Assembly: GCA_003567855.1 (NCBI GenBank)
Contig: PWYM01000058.1
Span: 1 to 63,343 of the forward strand
DNA: 63,343 nucleotides
From: Gammaproteobacteria bacterium
GTDB taxonomy: Bacteria; Pseudomonadota; Gammaproteobacteria; Steroidobacterales; PWYM01
Direction: 5' to 3'
In this document: in pieces, positions 28,928-38,573 of the stretch
How the letters are laid out: every line of letters starts with the position of its first letter
How positions within the stretch are numbered: the first letter of the stretch is position 1
The notes under the pieces: generated by a model
What the model saw: only the letters and a program-made list of their open reading frames with translations
What the model was told of the DNA's origin: nothing
Databases searched by the model: none
Made by a program: the position numbers and the translations under genes

Positions 28928-29575
28928 TCAGACGATCCCGCGACCCGCGGGATTATAGAAGTGACGCCCCTTGTCGATACGTTGTATGGCGCCGAGTAGC
29001 TCTTCATATTCGCGGTCATTATTGACGGGGTCAATGGCTGCGGCGTTGACGATGAGCAGCGGGGAATCTTCCCAGGCATGGAAAAAACGTGCATAAGCCT
29101 CGGTCAGCTGCTCGAGGTATGCACGCGAGATCCGCTGCTCGAAATCGATACCACGCCGCGCGATCCGCGACAGCAGCACGTCGACGGGCGCCTGCAGGTA
29201 GATGACCAGGTCGGGCGGCGGCGGGCGCAGCTCGAGGCTGCGCCAGACCTGGCGATAGAGGTCGAGTTCATGGCGCGTCAGCGTGAGCTCGGCGAACAGC
29301 GCGTCCTTCTCGAACATGAAGTCGGCGACCCGGGCGGCGGCGAACATGTCCTCCTGCTGCAGCGCCTCGAGCTGGCCGGCGCGCTGGAACAGGAAAAACA
29401 GCTGCGTGGGCAGGGCGGCATCCCGGGGGTTGCGGTAGAAGCGGTCGAGGAACGGGTTGTCCTCCGGGCGCTCGAGCATCAGCGCGCCCTGCAGGCTCGC
29501 GCCGAGGCGTCGCGCGAGGCTGGTCTTGCCGACGCCGATGGGCCCTTCGACAACGATGTAGCGCGCACGCCCCAT
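28928..29575 (-). CDS. deoxynucleoside kinase family protein
   Basis: P-loop VEGPIGVGKTSLARRL, then ERPEDNPFLDRFY and a DRF-type motif. 215 aa. Confidence 0.75.
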   Translation of the reverse strand: MGRARYIVVEGPIGVGKTSLARRLGASLQGALMLERPEDNPFLDRFYRNPRDAALPTQLFFLFQRAGQLEALQQEDMFAAARVADFMFEKDALFAELTLTRHELDLYRQVWRSLELRPPPPDLVIYLQAPVDVLLSRIARRGIDFEQRISRAYLEQLTEAYARFFHAWEDSPLLIVNAAAIDPVNNDREYEELLGAIQRIDKGRHFYNPAGRGIV

Positions 29576-30093
29576 CAGTGCGCCCCGTCGATCACCTGCA
29601 ATGCGCCCGCCGGCAGCCGGGCAAGCAGCGTACTCACGCGGCCGAGCCCCGGCACCTCGAGCAGCGGGCTCACGTCAGCGAGCGGTCTGAGCACGAAATC
29701 GCGCTCGGCAATCCCGCGGTGCGGGACCGTGAGACCCGCTTCGTCGACGTGATGCAAACCGTACACGAGCAGGTCCAGGTCGATGATCCGCGGCCCCCAG
29801 CGCACGGGTTCGGCCTCGCGTCCCTGCGCGCGCTCGATGGACTTGAGCGCCTCGAGCAGCATCCGCGCCGGGCTGCGGGTCAGGACCGCAGCCACCGCAT
29901 TGACGTAATCGGGCTGGTCGGGCGGCCCCATCGGCGGCGAACGGTACAGGCGGGAGCGGCGCACGACGCGGACCTCTGGCAGTGCTGACAGCGACTCGAA
30001 CGCATTTTGCACCTGCTGCAGCGGATCGCGCAGATTGCTGCCAACACCGATGTATGCCGGCTGCCAGCAGCCCGGCGGCGCCGGAGGCTTCAA
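29575..30093 (-). CDS. folK: 2-amino-4-hydroxy-6-hydroxymethyldihydropteridine diphosphokinase
   Basis: AYIGVGSNL...P, RWGPRIIDLDLL and LTVPHRGIAERDFVL. Overlaps the pcnB stop by 4 nt. Confidence 0.9.
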   Translation of the reverse strand: MKPPAPPGCWQPAYIGVGSNLRDPLQQVQNAFESLSALPEVRVVRRSRLYRSPPMGPPDQPDYVNAVAAVLTRSPARMLLEALKSIERAQGREAEPVRWGPRIIDLDLLVYGLHHVDEAGLTVPHRGIAERDFVLRPLADVSPLLEVPGLGRVSTLLARLPAGALQVIDGAH

Positions 30094-31553
30094 CTGCCGG
30101 TGCCGCCGCCACCGCCTGCACCACCGCGGCCGCCCCGACGACGGCGACCGCCGCGTCGTCGCCGTCTCGGGCGCGGCGTTGCGTCGTCGCCAGTGTCGCT
30201 GGTGACGTCATCAGTGTCGTCAATGGCGTCGTCACCAGGCGGCTGCTGCAGGGTCTTCTGCTGGGCTTCCACGGACTGCTCCTGCAACTCGGTCCACCAG
30301 CGCGCCACGGCGGGGTCGGCCTCACCGGTCTCGGCACGCAGGAGCAGGAAATCATAGGCGGCGCGGAACCGCTTGTTGTCGAGCAGGCGCCGGGCGCGGC
30401 GCCCGCGCATCTGCAGAAAGCGCGGCTGCAGGGCGACCATCTCCCGAAGCGGTGCGGCGAAGCGGCGCGGCAGCGCGATGTGCGCCTGCTGCTCGAATAT
30501 GATCTGCGCCGCGGCCTCCGACAGCGCCTGCGACTCTGAACCGCCATCCTCCAGCAGCAGCGCCGCGGCCCGATCGCGGATCGCGCCCCACAGCAGCACC
30601 GCGAACACGAACATCGGGTTGACTGAACGGTCGGCGGCAATGCGCTCGTCGGTGTTGTCCATCGCCAATCGCGCCAGCGCCAGCAGCTGCTCGCCGTTGG
30701 GGCCGGCGAAAGCCTCTTCGGCGAGCGGAAACAGCTGCCCGAGCAGGCCGAACTCGCGCAGGCGCTCGAACGTCACCCTGGCGTGGCCGCCGTGGAACAG
30801 CTTGAGCACTTCCTCGAACAGGCGCGCCGGCGGGACCTCCGACAGCAGCGGCGCGAGCGCCCCGATCGGCGCGGCGGTCTCGGGCGCCAGCGTGAAATCG
30901 AGCTTCGCCGCAAAGCGCACCGCGCGCAGCATTCTGACCGGATCCTCGCGGTAGCGGGTCTCGGGGTCACCGATGAGGCGCAGCACGCGGGCGCGCACGT
31001 CGGCGACGCCGCCGACGTAGTCCCAGATCGAGAAGTCGGCAATGGTGTAGTAGAGCGCGTTGGCCGTGAAGTCGCGGCGCCAGACGTCTTCCTCGATCGT
31101 GCCATAGATGTTGTCACGCAGGATGCGCCCGCCTTCATCCTGCACGCGCAGCGTGGCGTGGTCTTCCCCGTCACCGTTGCCGTCGTCAGCGCCGTCACCG
31201 CGGCCACGGAAGGTCGCGACCTCGATGATCTCGCGGCCGAAGCGCACGTGCGCAAGGCGGAACCGCCGTCCGATGAGGCGGCAGTTACGGAACAGGCCGG
31301 CGACTTCCTCGGGATGGGCGTCGGTGGCGACGTCAAAGTCCTTCGGGACGATGCCAAGCAGCATGTCGCGCACGCTGCCACCCACGAGAAATGCCTGGAA
31401 GCCGGCCTCCTTGAGCCGATACAGCACCTTGACCGCGTTGCGCGACATGTCGGCGCGCGACAGGTTGTGCTCCGGCCGCGGGATCACGGTCGGCTCGCGG
31501 GCGGGATGAAGTTCGGCGGATCCTGAAGCGTTCGGGTTTACGCGATCCAACAA
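30090..31553 (-). CDS. pcnB: poly(A) polymerase I
   Basis: Nucleotidyltransferase core FLVGGSVRDMLLG..PKDFDVAT and RDFTANALYY. Arg/Gly-rich C-terminal tail. Confidence 0.9.
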   Translation of the reverse strand: MLDRVNPNASGSAELHPAREPTVIPRPEHNLSRADMSRNAVKVLYRLKEAGFQAFLVGGSVRDMLLGIVPKDFDVATDAHPEEVAGLFRNCRLIGRRFRLAHVRFGREIIEVATFRGRGDGADDGNGDGEDHATLRVQDEGGRILRDNIYGTIEEDVWRRDFTANALYYTIADFSIWDYVGGVADVRARVLRLIGDPETRYREDPVRMLRAVRFAAKLDFTLAPETAAPIGALAPLLSEVPPARLFEEVLKLFHGGHARVTFERLREFGLLGQLFPLAEEAFAGPNGEQLLALARLAMDNTDERIAADRSVNPMFVFAVLLWGAIRDRAAALLLEDGGSESQALSEAAAQIIFEQQAHIALPRRFAAPLREMVALQPRFLQMRGRRARRLLDNKRFRAAYDFLLLRAETGEADPAVARWWTELQEQSVEAQQKTLQQPPGDDAIDDTDDVTSDTGDDATPRPRRRRRGGRRRRGGRGGAGGGGGTGS

Positions 31554-31564
31554 GTGCGCTCCAC

Positions 31565-31592
31565 TTGAGCCATGTGCAAAGCGCGCTATAAT
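31565..31592 (+). promoter_or_regulatory. sigma70-type promoter for tRNA-Glu
   Basis: TTGAGC (31565-31570), 16-nt spacer, perfect TATAAT (31587-31592). This lies ~35 nt upstream of the tRNA 5' end. Confidence 0.5.
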
Positions 31593-31626
31593 AGCAGGCT
31601 TGGCACCGCTCGGTGCAGTCTGCCGT

Positions 31627-31701
31627 GCTCCCTTCGTCTAGCGGTTAGGACGTCGCCCTCTCAAGGCGAAAACACGAGTTCGAGTCTCGTAGGGAGCGCC
31701 A
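31627..31701 (+). tRNA. tRNA-Glu (anticodon CUC), CCA encoded
   Basis: Acceptor GCTCCCT/AGGGAGC; anticodon stem TCGCC/GGCGA with loop CTCTCAA; T arm ACGAG-TTCGAGT-CTCGT; discriminator G. Confidence 0.85.
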
Positions 31702-31815
31702 TCTCAGCTCCCTCCGGGGTGCGGCATCGGATATCTTTGGATGTTGCGGGCCCGTGAAACGGGGTTTCGGGTGCCGCGCCGGCGCCCGCCCACCGGAGGA
31801 TAAAGAAGGCCGTAG

Positions 31816-33606
31816 ATGGGCAGTATCGCGTTCAGCAACACGATTCTTCTCGTTGGCGCGATGCTCGTGCTGATCGGCGTGTTCTCGAGCCTGGTCGCCC
31901 AGCGTTTCGGCGCCCCGCTGCTGCTGGTGTTCCTCGTCATCGGCATGCTTGCCGGCCAGGACGGCCCGCTCGGCCTTGAGTTCAACGACTACCAGCTCAC
32001 CTACCTCGTCGGGTCACTGGCACTGGCCGTCATTCTGTTCGACGGCGGCCTGCGCACCCGGATCAGCAGCTTTCGCGGCGCCCTGTCACCTGCCGTGACG
32101 CTGTCGACTCTGGGCGTGGTGCTGACGGCCTCCTTCGTCGGCGTCGCCGCCTGGCTGCTGCTGCCGCTGTCGCCGATCGAAGCGCTGCTGCTCGGCGCGA
32201 TCGTCGCATCCACCGATGCTGCGGCCGTGTTCTTCCTGCTGCGCACCGGCGGCATGCAGCTGCGCCCACGCGTCAACGCGACGTTGGAAATCGAGTCCGG
32301 CACCAACGACCCGGTCGCGGTGTTCCTGACGCTGGTGCTCGCCGGTGTACTGATGCAGCCCGAGCCCACGATCGGCTGGGAGGTGCTCGGCATGCTGCTC
32401 CAGCAGGGCGTCATCGGCGCGGTGCTGGGCATAGGCGGCGGGCTGCTCGGCGCGTGGCTGCTGAACCGCCTCGAACTGGCGTCCGGTCTGCACCCGCTGT
32501 TCGTCATCGCGGGGGCGGTGTTCGTGTTCGCGCTGGCCGCGGTACTCGGCGGCAGCGGCTTCCTCGCCGCCTACCTTGCCGGACTGACGCTCGGCAACCG
32601 CCAGGCCCGCGCGATCCCGAGCATCGTGAGCTTCCACGACACGGCGACCTGGCTCGCCCAGATCGTGATGTTCCTGGCACTCGGGCTGCTGGTCGTGCCC
32701 TCGGAACTCATCACCTTCCTGCCGAAGGCCGTCGGCATCGCCCTCGTACTGATGCTCGTCGCCCGACCGCTCGCGGTGATGCTCTGCCTGCTGCCCTTCG
32801 GCTTCACCCGGCGCGAGACGCTGTTCGTCTCATGGGTCGGCCTGCGCGGCGCGGTCAGTATCTTCCTCGCCGCCATCCCGATGCTGTCGGGGCTCGACAA
32901 TGCGGACCTGTACTTCAACGTCGCGTTCTTCGTGGTGCTGATCTCGCTGATGCTGCAGGGCTGGACCATCCGGCCGGCGGCGCGCCAGCTGGGCATGGTC
33001 GTCCCCCGTGCCAGCGCACCGGTGCGCCGCGTCGAAGTCGATCTGCCGGGCCAGCTCGAGTACGAGCTCGTCGGCTATCCCATTCACGCCGACAGCCCGG
33101 TACTCGCGCGCCGCCGGCTGCCACCGTGGGTCCGCCAGATCATGGTCGTGCGCGACGGTACGATCATTTCCCCCGAAGAGGCCGGGGAACTGCGCCCCGA
33201 GGACTATCTCTACCTGCTCGCGCCGCCGGCGCGCGTCGACCGGCTCGACCAGGTCTTCGCGTCACCGGCCGAGCAGCCGTCGCGATACGCTCGTCCCGTC
33301 GGCTATCCCGGCAACACGCCCGCGGCCGAGGTCGCCGAGAGCTGGCATCTGCGCCTGCCGGAAGAAGAGGCCGAACTCACGCTTTCCGAACTCGTCGAGG
33401 CCCGCAGCGGCGAACCCGCCCGCATCGGCCTGACCGCACAACTGGATGCGAGCTGGCTGGTCGTGCAGGAGGTCGCCGACGGCGTCGCACAGCGCGTGGA
33501 CCTGCTCTTCCACGACCCCGACCGGGACCTGCGCCAGAGACTGCTGCGCAACCGCTGGCTCGGCCGGCCGGCACGCGCGCTGCGGCGCTGGATGGACGCG
33601 AGCTGA
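31816..33606 (+). CDS. nhaP2: K+/H+ antiporter, NhaP2/CvrA type (CPA1 membrane domain + C-terminal TrkA-C/RCK_C domain)
   Basis: About 12 TM helices, with SLVAQRFGAPLLLVFLVIGMLAGQDG and IESGTNDPVAVFLT motifs. Soluble C-terminal ~170 aa. Confidence 0.8.
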   Translation: MGSIAFSNTILLVGAMLVLIGVFSSLVAQRFGAPLLLVFLVIGMLAGQDGPLGLEFNDYQLTYLVGSLALAVILFDGGLRTRISSFRGALSPAVTLSTLGVVLTASFVGVAAWLLLPLSPIEALLLGAIVASTDAAAVFFLLRTGGMQLRPRVNATLEIESGTNDPVAVFLTLVLAGVLMQPEPTIGWEVLGMLLQQGVIGAVLGIGGGLLGAWLLNRLELASGLHPLFVIAGAVFVFALAAVLGGSGFLAAYLAGLTLGNRQARAIPSIVSFHDTATWLAQIVMFLALGLLVVPSELITFLPKAVGIALVLMLVARPLAVMLCLLPFGFTRRETLFVSWVGLRGAVSIFLAAIPMLSGLDNADLYFNVAFFVVLISLMLQGWTIRPAARQLGMVVPRASAPVRRVEVDLPGQLEYELVGYPIHADSPVLARRRLPPWVRQIMVVRDGTIISPEEAGELRPEDYLYLLAPPARVDRLDQVFASPAEQPSRYARPVGYPGNTPAAEVAESWHLRLPEEEAELTLSELVEARSGEPARIGLTAQLDASWLVVQEVADGVAQRVDLLFHDPDRDLRQRLLRNRWLGRPARALRRWMDAS

Positions 33607-33661
33607 CGTGCCGCTCTGCTAACATCGGGCGCCTCCCAGCCAGTCCAGCCGCAGGCCATCC

Positions 33662-35626
33662 ATGACCCGCCTACTCCTGATCGCATCGTCGCTCGTACTT
33701 GCCGCAGCCGCCATGGCGTCTCCCGAGGTGCGCACCGTCAACGACGGCAACCTCGTACTCGAGGATATTCCGTCGACGCCCGCATCCGTGCGCGAAGACC
33801 TGCGCCGCTACCAGAATACCCGCAGCGCGGTACTGCTGGACTGGGATGCGCAGGGCCGCAGCCTGTACGTGCGCACGCGCTTTGCGAGCACCGACCAGCT
33901 GCACCGCGTACAGGCGCCGGGCGGCCGTCGCGAGCAGCTGTCCTGGTTCGATGAACCCGTCGGCCAGGTCGAGCGTCGTCCAGGGCACCGGGAGCTTGCG
34001 TTCACGATGGACGCCGGCGGCAACGAGTTCTCCCAGATCTTCATCTTCGATCCCGACACCGGTGAACACCGGATGGTCAGCGACGGCGAATCGCGCAACG
34101 TCTCACTGACATGGTCGCCGGACGGCGAGTGGCTGGCGTTCCAGAGCACCCGCCGCGACGGGCGCTCCAATGACGTCTGGATCATGCCTGCAGACGACGC
34201 CGACGCCGCCGAACTCGCGGTCGATGGCGGCGATGGCGCGCTGTGGGCCCCGGTCGCCTATTGCGCCGATGCGCGCAGACTGCTGGTCGTGCGCTACGTC
34301 AGCATCAACGACTCGTACGCGTACCTGTACGACCGTGACGCCGACAGCCTGACGCGCGTCGCGGGCAGTGACGACGATCTCGCCTCGCACGTGCCCGTGG
34401 CGTGTCATCCCGAGCGCGACGGCTTCTACATGCTCAGCGACCGCGACAGCCAGTTCGCCCAGCTTGTCTACAAGCCGTTCGCCGGTGGCGAACGCGAACT
34501 CGTGAGCAAAGGCATCGACTGGTCGGTGTCGGGTCTTGCGCTTTCCAACGACGGCCACCGCGGCGCCTTCGTGACCAACGAAGACGGCATCAGCCGGCTT
34601 TACCTGTTCGACCCCGGCTCTCACGCCTTCCGCGTGGTCGATGAGCTGCCGACCGGCGTCACCGGAACGCCCAGGTTCAGCCCCGACGGCCGTCGTCTCG
34701 CAATCACAGTGAACACGCCACAGACGCCGAGCGACACCTTCGTGCTCGAACTCGGGCACAGTCCGCTCGCCGCGGGGCGCCTGGAACGCTGGACCTGGAG
34801 CGAAGTCGGCGGGCTCGACACCGAACGGTTCGTCGTGCCGGAACTCGTGCACTATCCGACGTTCGACGAGGTCGAAGGCAGTCCGCGCGAAATCCCCGCG
34901 TTCGTCTACCGTCCCGAGGGCGACGGTCCGCATCCGGTCGTCGTGTTCATCCACGGCGGGCCCGAGGCGCAGTATCGCCCGACGTTCAACAGCGCGTTTC
35001 AGCTCTGGCTGCAGCGGCTCGGCGTCGCGGTGATCGCACCCAACGTGCGGGGCTCCTCCGGTTACGGCAAGGACTACCTGCTGCTCGACAACGTCTACCT
35101 GCGCGAGGACTCGGTGCGCGACATCGGCGCACTGCTGGACTGGATAGACACCCAGCCGGACCTCGATGCCGATCGGGTCGCGACCTATGGCGGCAGCTAC
35201 GGGGGTTACATGGTGCTCGCGAGCGCGGTGCACTACAGCGACCGGCTGCGCGCGGGCGTGAACATCGTCGGCATCAGCAACTTCGTGACCTTCCTCGAAA
35301 ATACCGAGGACTACCGGCGTGACCTGCGCCGTGTGGAATACGGCGATGAGCGCGACCCGGAGGTCCGCGAGTTCCTCGAGTCGATCAGCCCCCTGAACAA
35401 CGTCGACCGAATCCGTATCCCGCTGCTCGTCGCCCAAGGGCAGAACGACCCGCGCGTACCGGTCACCGAGGCCGAACAGATCGTTGCGGCGCTGCGCGAG
35501 CGCGACATTCCGGTCTGGTACATGAACGCGCTGAACGAGGGGCATGGCTTCCGTCGCAAGGAGAACCGCGACCGATTCAACGAGGCCGTCGTGATGTTCC
35601 TGCGCGAGCACCTGCTCGCCGACTGA
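33662..35626 (+). CDS. secreted S9-family serine peptidase (beta-propeller + prolyl oligopeptidase-type alpha/beta hydrolase)
   Basis: Signal peptide MTRLLLIASSLVLAAAAMA. Catalytic GGSYGG Ser, QGQNDPRV Asp and EGHGF His. Confidence 0.85.
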   Translation: MTRLLLIASSLVLAAAAMASPEVRTVNDGNLVLEDIPSTPASVREDLRRYQNTRSAVLLDWDAQGRSLYVRTRFASTDQLHRVQAPGGRREQLSWFDEPVGQVERRPGHRELAFTMDAGGNEFSQIFIFDPDTGEHRMVSDGESRNVSLTWSPDGEWLAFQSTRRDGRSNDVWIMPADDADAAELAVDGGDGALWAPVAYCADARRLLVVRYVSINDSYAYLYDRDADSLTRVAGSDDDLASHVPVACHPERDGFYMLSDRDSQFAQLVYKPFAGGERELVSKGIDWSVSGLALSNDGHRGAFVTNEDGISRLYLFDPGSHAFRVVDELPTGVTGTPRFSPDGRRLAITVNTPQTPSDTFVLELGHSPLAAGRLERWTWSEVGGLDTERFVVPELVHYPTFDEVEGSPREIPAFVYRPEGDGPHPVVVFIHGGPEAQYRPTFNSAFQLWLQRLGVAVIAPNVRGSSGYGKDYLLLDNVYLREDSVRDIGALLDWIDTQPDLDADRVATYGGSYGGYMVLASAVHYSDRLRAGVNIVGISNFVTFLENTEDYRRDLRRVEYGDERDPEVREFLESISPLNNVDRIRIPLLVAQGQNDPRVPVTEAEQIVAALRERDIPVWYMNALNEGHGFRRKENRDRFNEAVVMFLREHLLAD

Positions 35627-35695
35627 CACCGCCGACCACAACGGCGTGCGCGGGCCCACTTCGGAAACCCGCAGCCCGCCGACGGCGCCTCACGC

Positions 35696-35724
35696 TTGGC
35701 GTGGAGCGCCTGTGACCGCATACT
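35696..35724 (+). promoter_or_regulatory. candidate sigma70 promoter of the first usp gene
   Basis: TTGGCG (35696-35701), 17-nt spacer, CATACT (35719-35724). AAGGAG Shine-Dalgarno lies 6 nt before the ATG at 35752. Confidence 0.3.
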
Positions 35725-35751
35725 GGACCGCGCACCACAAGGAGTGAGCCG

Positions 35752-36579
35752 ATGAAACTCGACCGCATTTTCTGCGTCATCGACCCGACGACCAACAACC
35801 AGCGCGCCCTCGACCGCGCGCGCTTCATCGCCAGCGGGAACAACGCGCACATCCACGCCTACATCTGCATCGCGACGCCGATGGCCGATGCCGCCGAAGA
35901 CCGCCGGGCGCTGCAGGAAGCCGAGGTCGCCCGCCACGAGGCGTGGCTGGAGCGACTCGTGGCACCGCTGCGCGAGGAAGGCCGCGAGGTGACCACCGAG
36001 GTCGAGTGTCGCGACGAATGGCGCGACGCGCTGGCCCCGGCGGCAGAACGCGCCGGCGCCGACCTGATCATCAAGAGCGCGTACCGGCGCTCGGCACTGC
36101 GTCGGCGGCTGCTCAAGACCTCCGACTTCATCCTGCTGCGCAGCGCCAACTGCCCGGTGCTACTCGTGAAGACCGACCGCATCGGCAAGCTCGACCGCGT
36201 CCTTGCCGCCGTGAATATTTCCGCCGAGGACGACGCACACAGGCAGCTCACCGACCGCGTCATCGACATCGCACGTACGGTCGCCGAGACGGCGGATGCG
36301 GAACTGCACTGTGTCAACGCGTACTCGGGATCGCTGAATTTCGTACACCCGCCCGACGTCGCCAAGCGCGCCGGCATTGAGCGACGCCAGGCCCACGTCG
36401 GCGATGCGGAACCGGCTGAACTCATCGCCCAGGTCGCCGCGAAGATCGAGGCGCCGCTGGTCGTGATCGGCTCGGTCGCCCGCGGCGGCGTCAGCGGTGC
36501 CGTGGTGGGCAACACCGCCGAGAAGATCCTCGACACCGTGCCGGCCGATATCCTGACGATCGTCACGCCGCGAAGCTGA
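35752..36579 (+). CDS. tandem-domain universal stress protein (UspE-like), copy 1
   Basis: Two USP domains. C-terminal ATP-binding-type motif GSVARGGVSGAVVGNTAEKIL. Confidence 0.8.
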   Translation: MKLDRIFCVIDPTTNNQRALDRARFIASGNNAHIHAYICIATPMADAAEDRRALQEAEVARHEAWLERLVAPLREEGREVTTEVECRDEWRDALAPAAERAGADLIIKSAYRRSALRRRLLKTSDFILLRSANCPVLLVKTDRIGKLDRVLAAVNISAEDDAHRQLTDRVIDIARTVAETADAELHCVNAYSGSLNFVHPPDVAKRAGIERRQAHVGDAEPAELIAQVAAKIEAPLVVIGSVARGGVSGAVVGNTAEKILDTVPADILTIVTPRS

Positions 36580-36590
36580 CGCCTCCGTGT

Positions 36591-36619
36591 GTCCGTCCCG
36601 ACGGTCTGTCGGGGCGGAC
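36591..36619 (+). terminator. 12-bp hairpin (one G-U pair) 3' of usp copy 1
   Basis: gtccgtcccgac / ggtct / gtcggggcggac. No U-tract. Confidence 0.35.
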
Positions 36620-36732
36620 GTCGACTTCCGCACTGCACCATGAATGCGGCGCGACCAAGTGCACCCGACTTTCGTTGACACCCCATCGCGACGGTGTTAA
36701 CGAGAACAGGTGACCCTGGAAAGGAGAGCGGC

Positions 36733-37554
36733 ATGCAGATCAAGAAGCTGTTCTGTGTCGTGGACCCCACCGTCGAGGCGCAACCGGCGCTGGAACGCGC
36801 CCACTACATCGCTGCAGGCACGGCCGCAAGCGTTCACGCCTACGTGTGTTGCGAACCCCCGGCGGGTGCCGACGTCGCCGACATGGAAGCGCGAAAGGCG
36901 GAAGCCGCCCGTGTGCGCGAGTGGCTGGAGCAGAAGGTCGCGCCGCTGCGCGAAGATGGTGACGAGGTCACCACCGAGGTCGAATGCGAGCGCGATTGGC
37001 GCGGCGCACTCGCACCGGCCGCGGCACGTGCCGGTGCCGACCTCATCGTCAAGGGCACGTTTGCGCACTCGATGCTGCACCGCCGTTTCCTGAAGACCTC
37101 CGACTACCAGCTGCTTCGCCATTCGAGCGTGCCGGTGCTGCTGAGCAAGCTCAACGGCGTCGATCGCATCGACAGGATTCTCGCGGCCGTGGACTTCCAG
37201 GCGCCGGACGACGCCCATCGGGCACTCACCGAGCGGGTGCTCGACTATGCGCGCACACTGGCCACGATGGCCGAGGCGGACCTGCACTGCGTCAATGCCT
37301 ACAGCGGTTCCCTGAACCGTATCAGTCCGGCAGATCTCGCCGAGCGCGCCGGGATCGACCGCAGCAACGCGCATGTCGGCGATGAACGCCCCGAGACGCT
37401 GATCACCGAAATCGCCGGGCGCATCGAGACGCCGCTGGTGATCATCGGCTCGGTGGCCAGAAGCGGCCTGTCCGGCGCCGTTGTCGGCAACACCGCGGAG
37501 AAAATCCTCGACACGGTCAATGCCGATATCCTGACGGTATTCGTAGAGGACTGA
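36733..37554 (+). CDS. tandem-domain universal stress protein (UspE-like), copy 2
   Basis: Collinear with copy 1 over its full length (for example TTEVEC..W..ALAPAA.RAGADLI.K, LHCVNAYSGSLN, GAVVGNTAEKILDTV). GGAGAG Shine-Dalgarno before the ATG at 36733. Confidence 0.8.
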   Translation: MQIKKLFCVVDPTVEAQPALERAHYIAAGTAASVHAYVCCEPPAGADVADMEARKAEAARVREWLEQKVAPLREDGDEVTTEVECERDWRGALAPAAARAGADLIVKGTFAHSMLHRRFLKTSDYQLLRHSSVPVLLSKLNGVDRIDRILAAVDFQAPDDAHRALTERVLDYARTLATMAEADLHCVNAYSGSLNRISPADLAERAGIDRSNAHVGDERPETLITEIAGRIETPLVIIGSVARSGLSGAVVGNTAEKILDTVNADILTVFVED

Positions 37555-37579
37555 AGCTGCCGGCAAGGAGAGCGACACC

Positions 37580-38347
37580 ATGAGCCGACTGCTGGCCTGC
37601 CTGCTGCTCGCGATCCTCGTCACGGCGTGCAGCCGCCACGACGCGATTTGGGAACAGGCCCGTGACGAGGATACCGTCACCGCCTACGAGGCCTACCTCG
37701 AGCGCTATCCCGAGGGTCCGCGGGCGGCACAGGCACGCAGCCGCGTGCGCGCACTCGAGGTCGAAGAGGCGTGGGGCGACGCGCGCGTGCGCGACAGCCG
37801 CTCCGGCTACGAGGCGTTTCTGGAAACGTGGGGTGACAGCGATTTCGCCGCCGAGGCAGGTGACCGCCTCGCAGCGATCGACCGCCGCGACGCATGGCGG
37901 TCACTAGCCGCGACTGACGACGTCTCGGCGCTCGAGACTTTCGTCGAGCGCCATCCGGATGCACCCGAGGCCGAGCTCGCGACCGCACGTATAGAGTTGC
38001 TGGAAGCACGCCAGGCCAGGGAAGACGCGCAACCCGACCCGCCGACCTCGACGCGGGATGGCGAAGCTGATGGCCCGCAACCCTCTGGCCAGTCCACGCC
38101 CGACACTGACGACCAGGGTACACACCGCGTGCAACTCGCGGCGGTCAGCAGCGAGGCGCGTGCCCGCGAAGGCATCACCCGTCTCGAGCGCGAGCACGGC
38201 GACATACTCGGCGGCCTTCGACTGGTGACGGAACCTGCCAACGACATGTACCGCCTGCTCACCGAACCCATGCCCAGGGCACGGGCCACGGAAGTGTGCA
38301 ACGCCCTCCAGGCGTCGGGTCAGGACTGCCTCGTACGCCCTCGCTGA
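37580..38347 (+). CDS. SPOR-domain lipoprotein with three N-terminal helical repeats
   Basis: Lipobox LVTAC. C-terminal HRVQLAAVSSEARAREGITRLEREHGDILGGLRL...YRLL..P....A...C..L is a SPOR-like peptidoglycan-binding fold. Confidence 0.7.
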   Translation: MSRLLACLLLAILVTACSRHDAIWEQARDEDTVTAYEAYLERYPEGPRAAQARSRVRALEVEEAWGDARVRDSRSGYEAFLETWGDSDFAAEAGDRLAAIDRRDAWRSLAATDDVSALETFVERHPDAPEAELATARIELLEARQAREDAQPDPPTSTRDGEADGPQPSGQSTPDTDDQGTHRVQLAAVSSEARAREGITRLEREHGDILGGLRLVTEPANDMYRLLTEPMPRARATEVCNALQASGQDCLVRPR

Positions 38348-38573
38348 TCACCTCGCCCGCACGGTCGGCTGAACGCTTTGGCGGAAAGTTGTTCGTAATC
38401 ATTGACCTGCAACACGCGACTCCCCACTTGCCGAGCGCTGCCCTGCACGATTGTCGCCATTGAGAGACAGCTGGCAGTCCCTCGGCCGACCGGGACAATT
38501 ATGGGTTAGAGCCAGTCCGGGGCCCAGGGCGACCCGGGCAGGCCTGCGTCCATCGGCCGAGGAGAATCAAGGA

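Noticed and set aside
31627-38347. tRNA-Glu as the attachment site of a genomic island (antiporter, peptidase, USP and SPOR genes downstream).
   Set aside because: There is no integrase, excisionase or transposase, I saw no direct repeat of the tRNA 3' end, and the composition of these genes looks like the core. The gene content is ordinary physiology.
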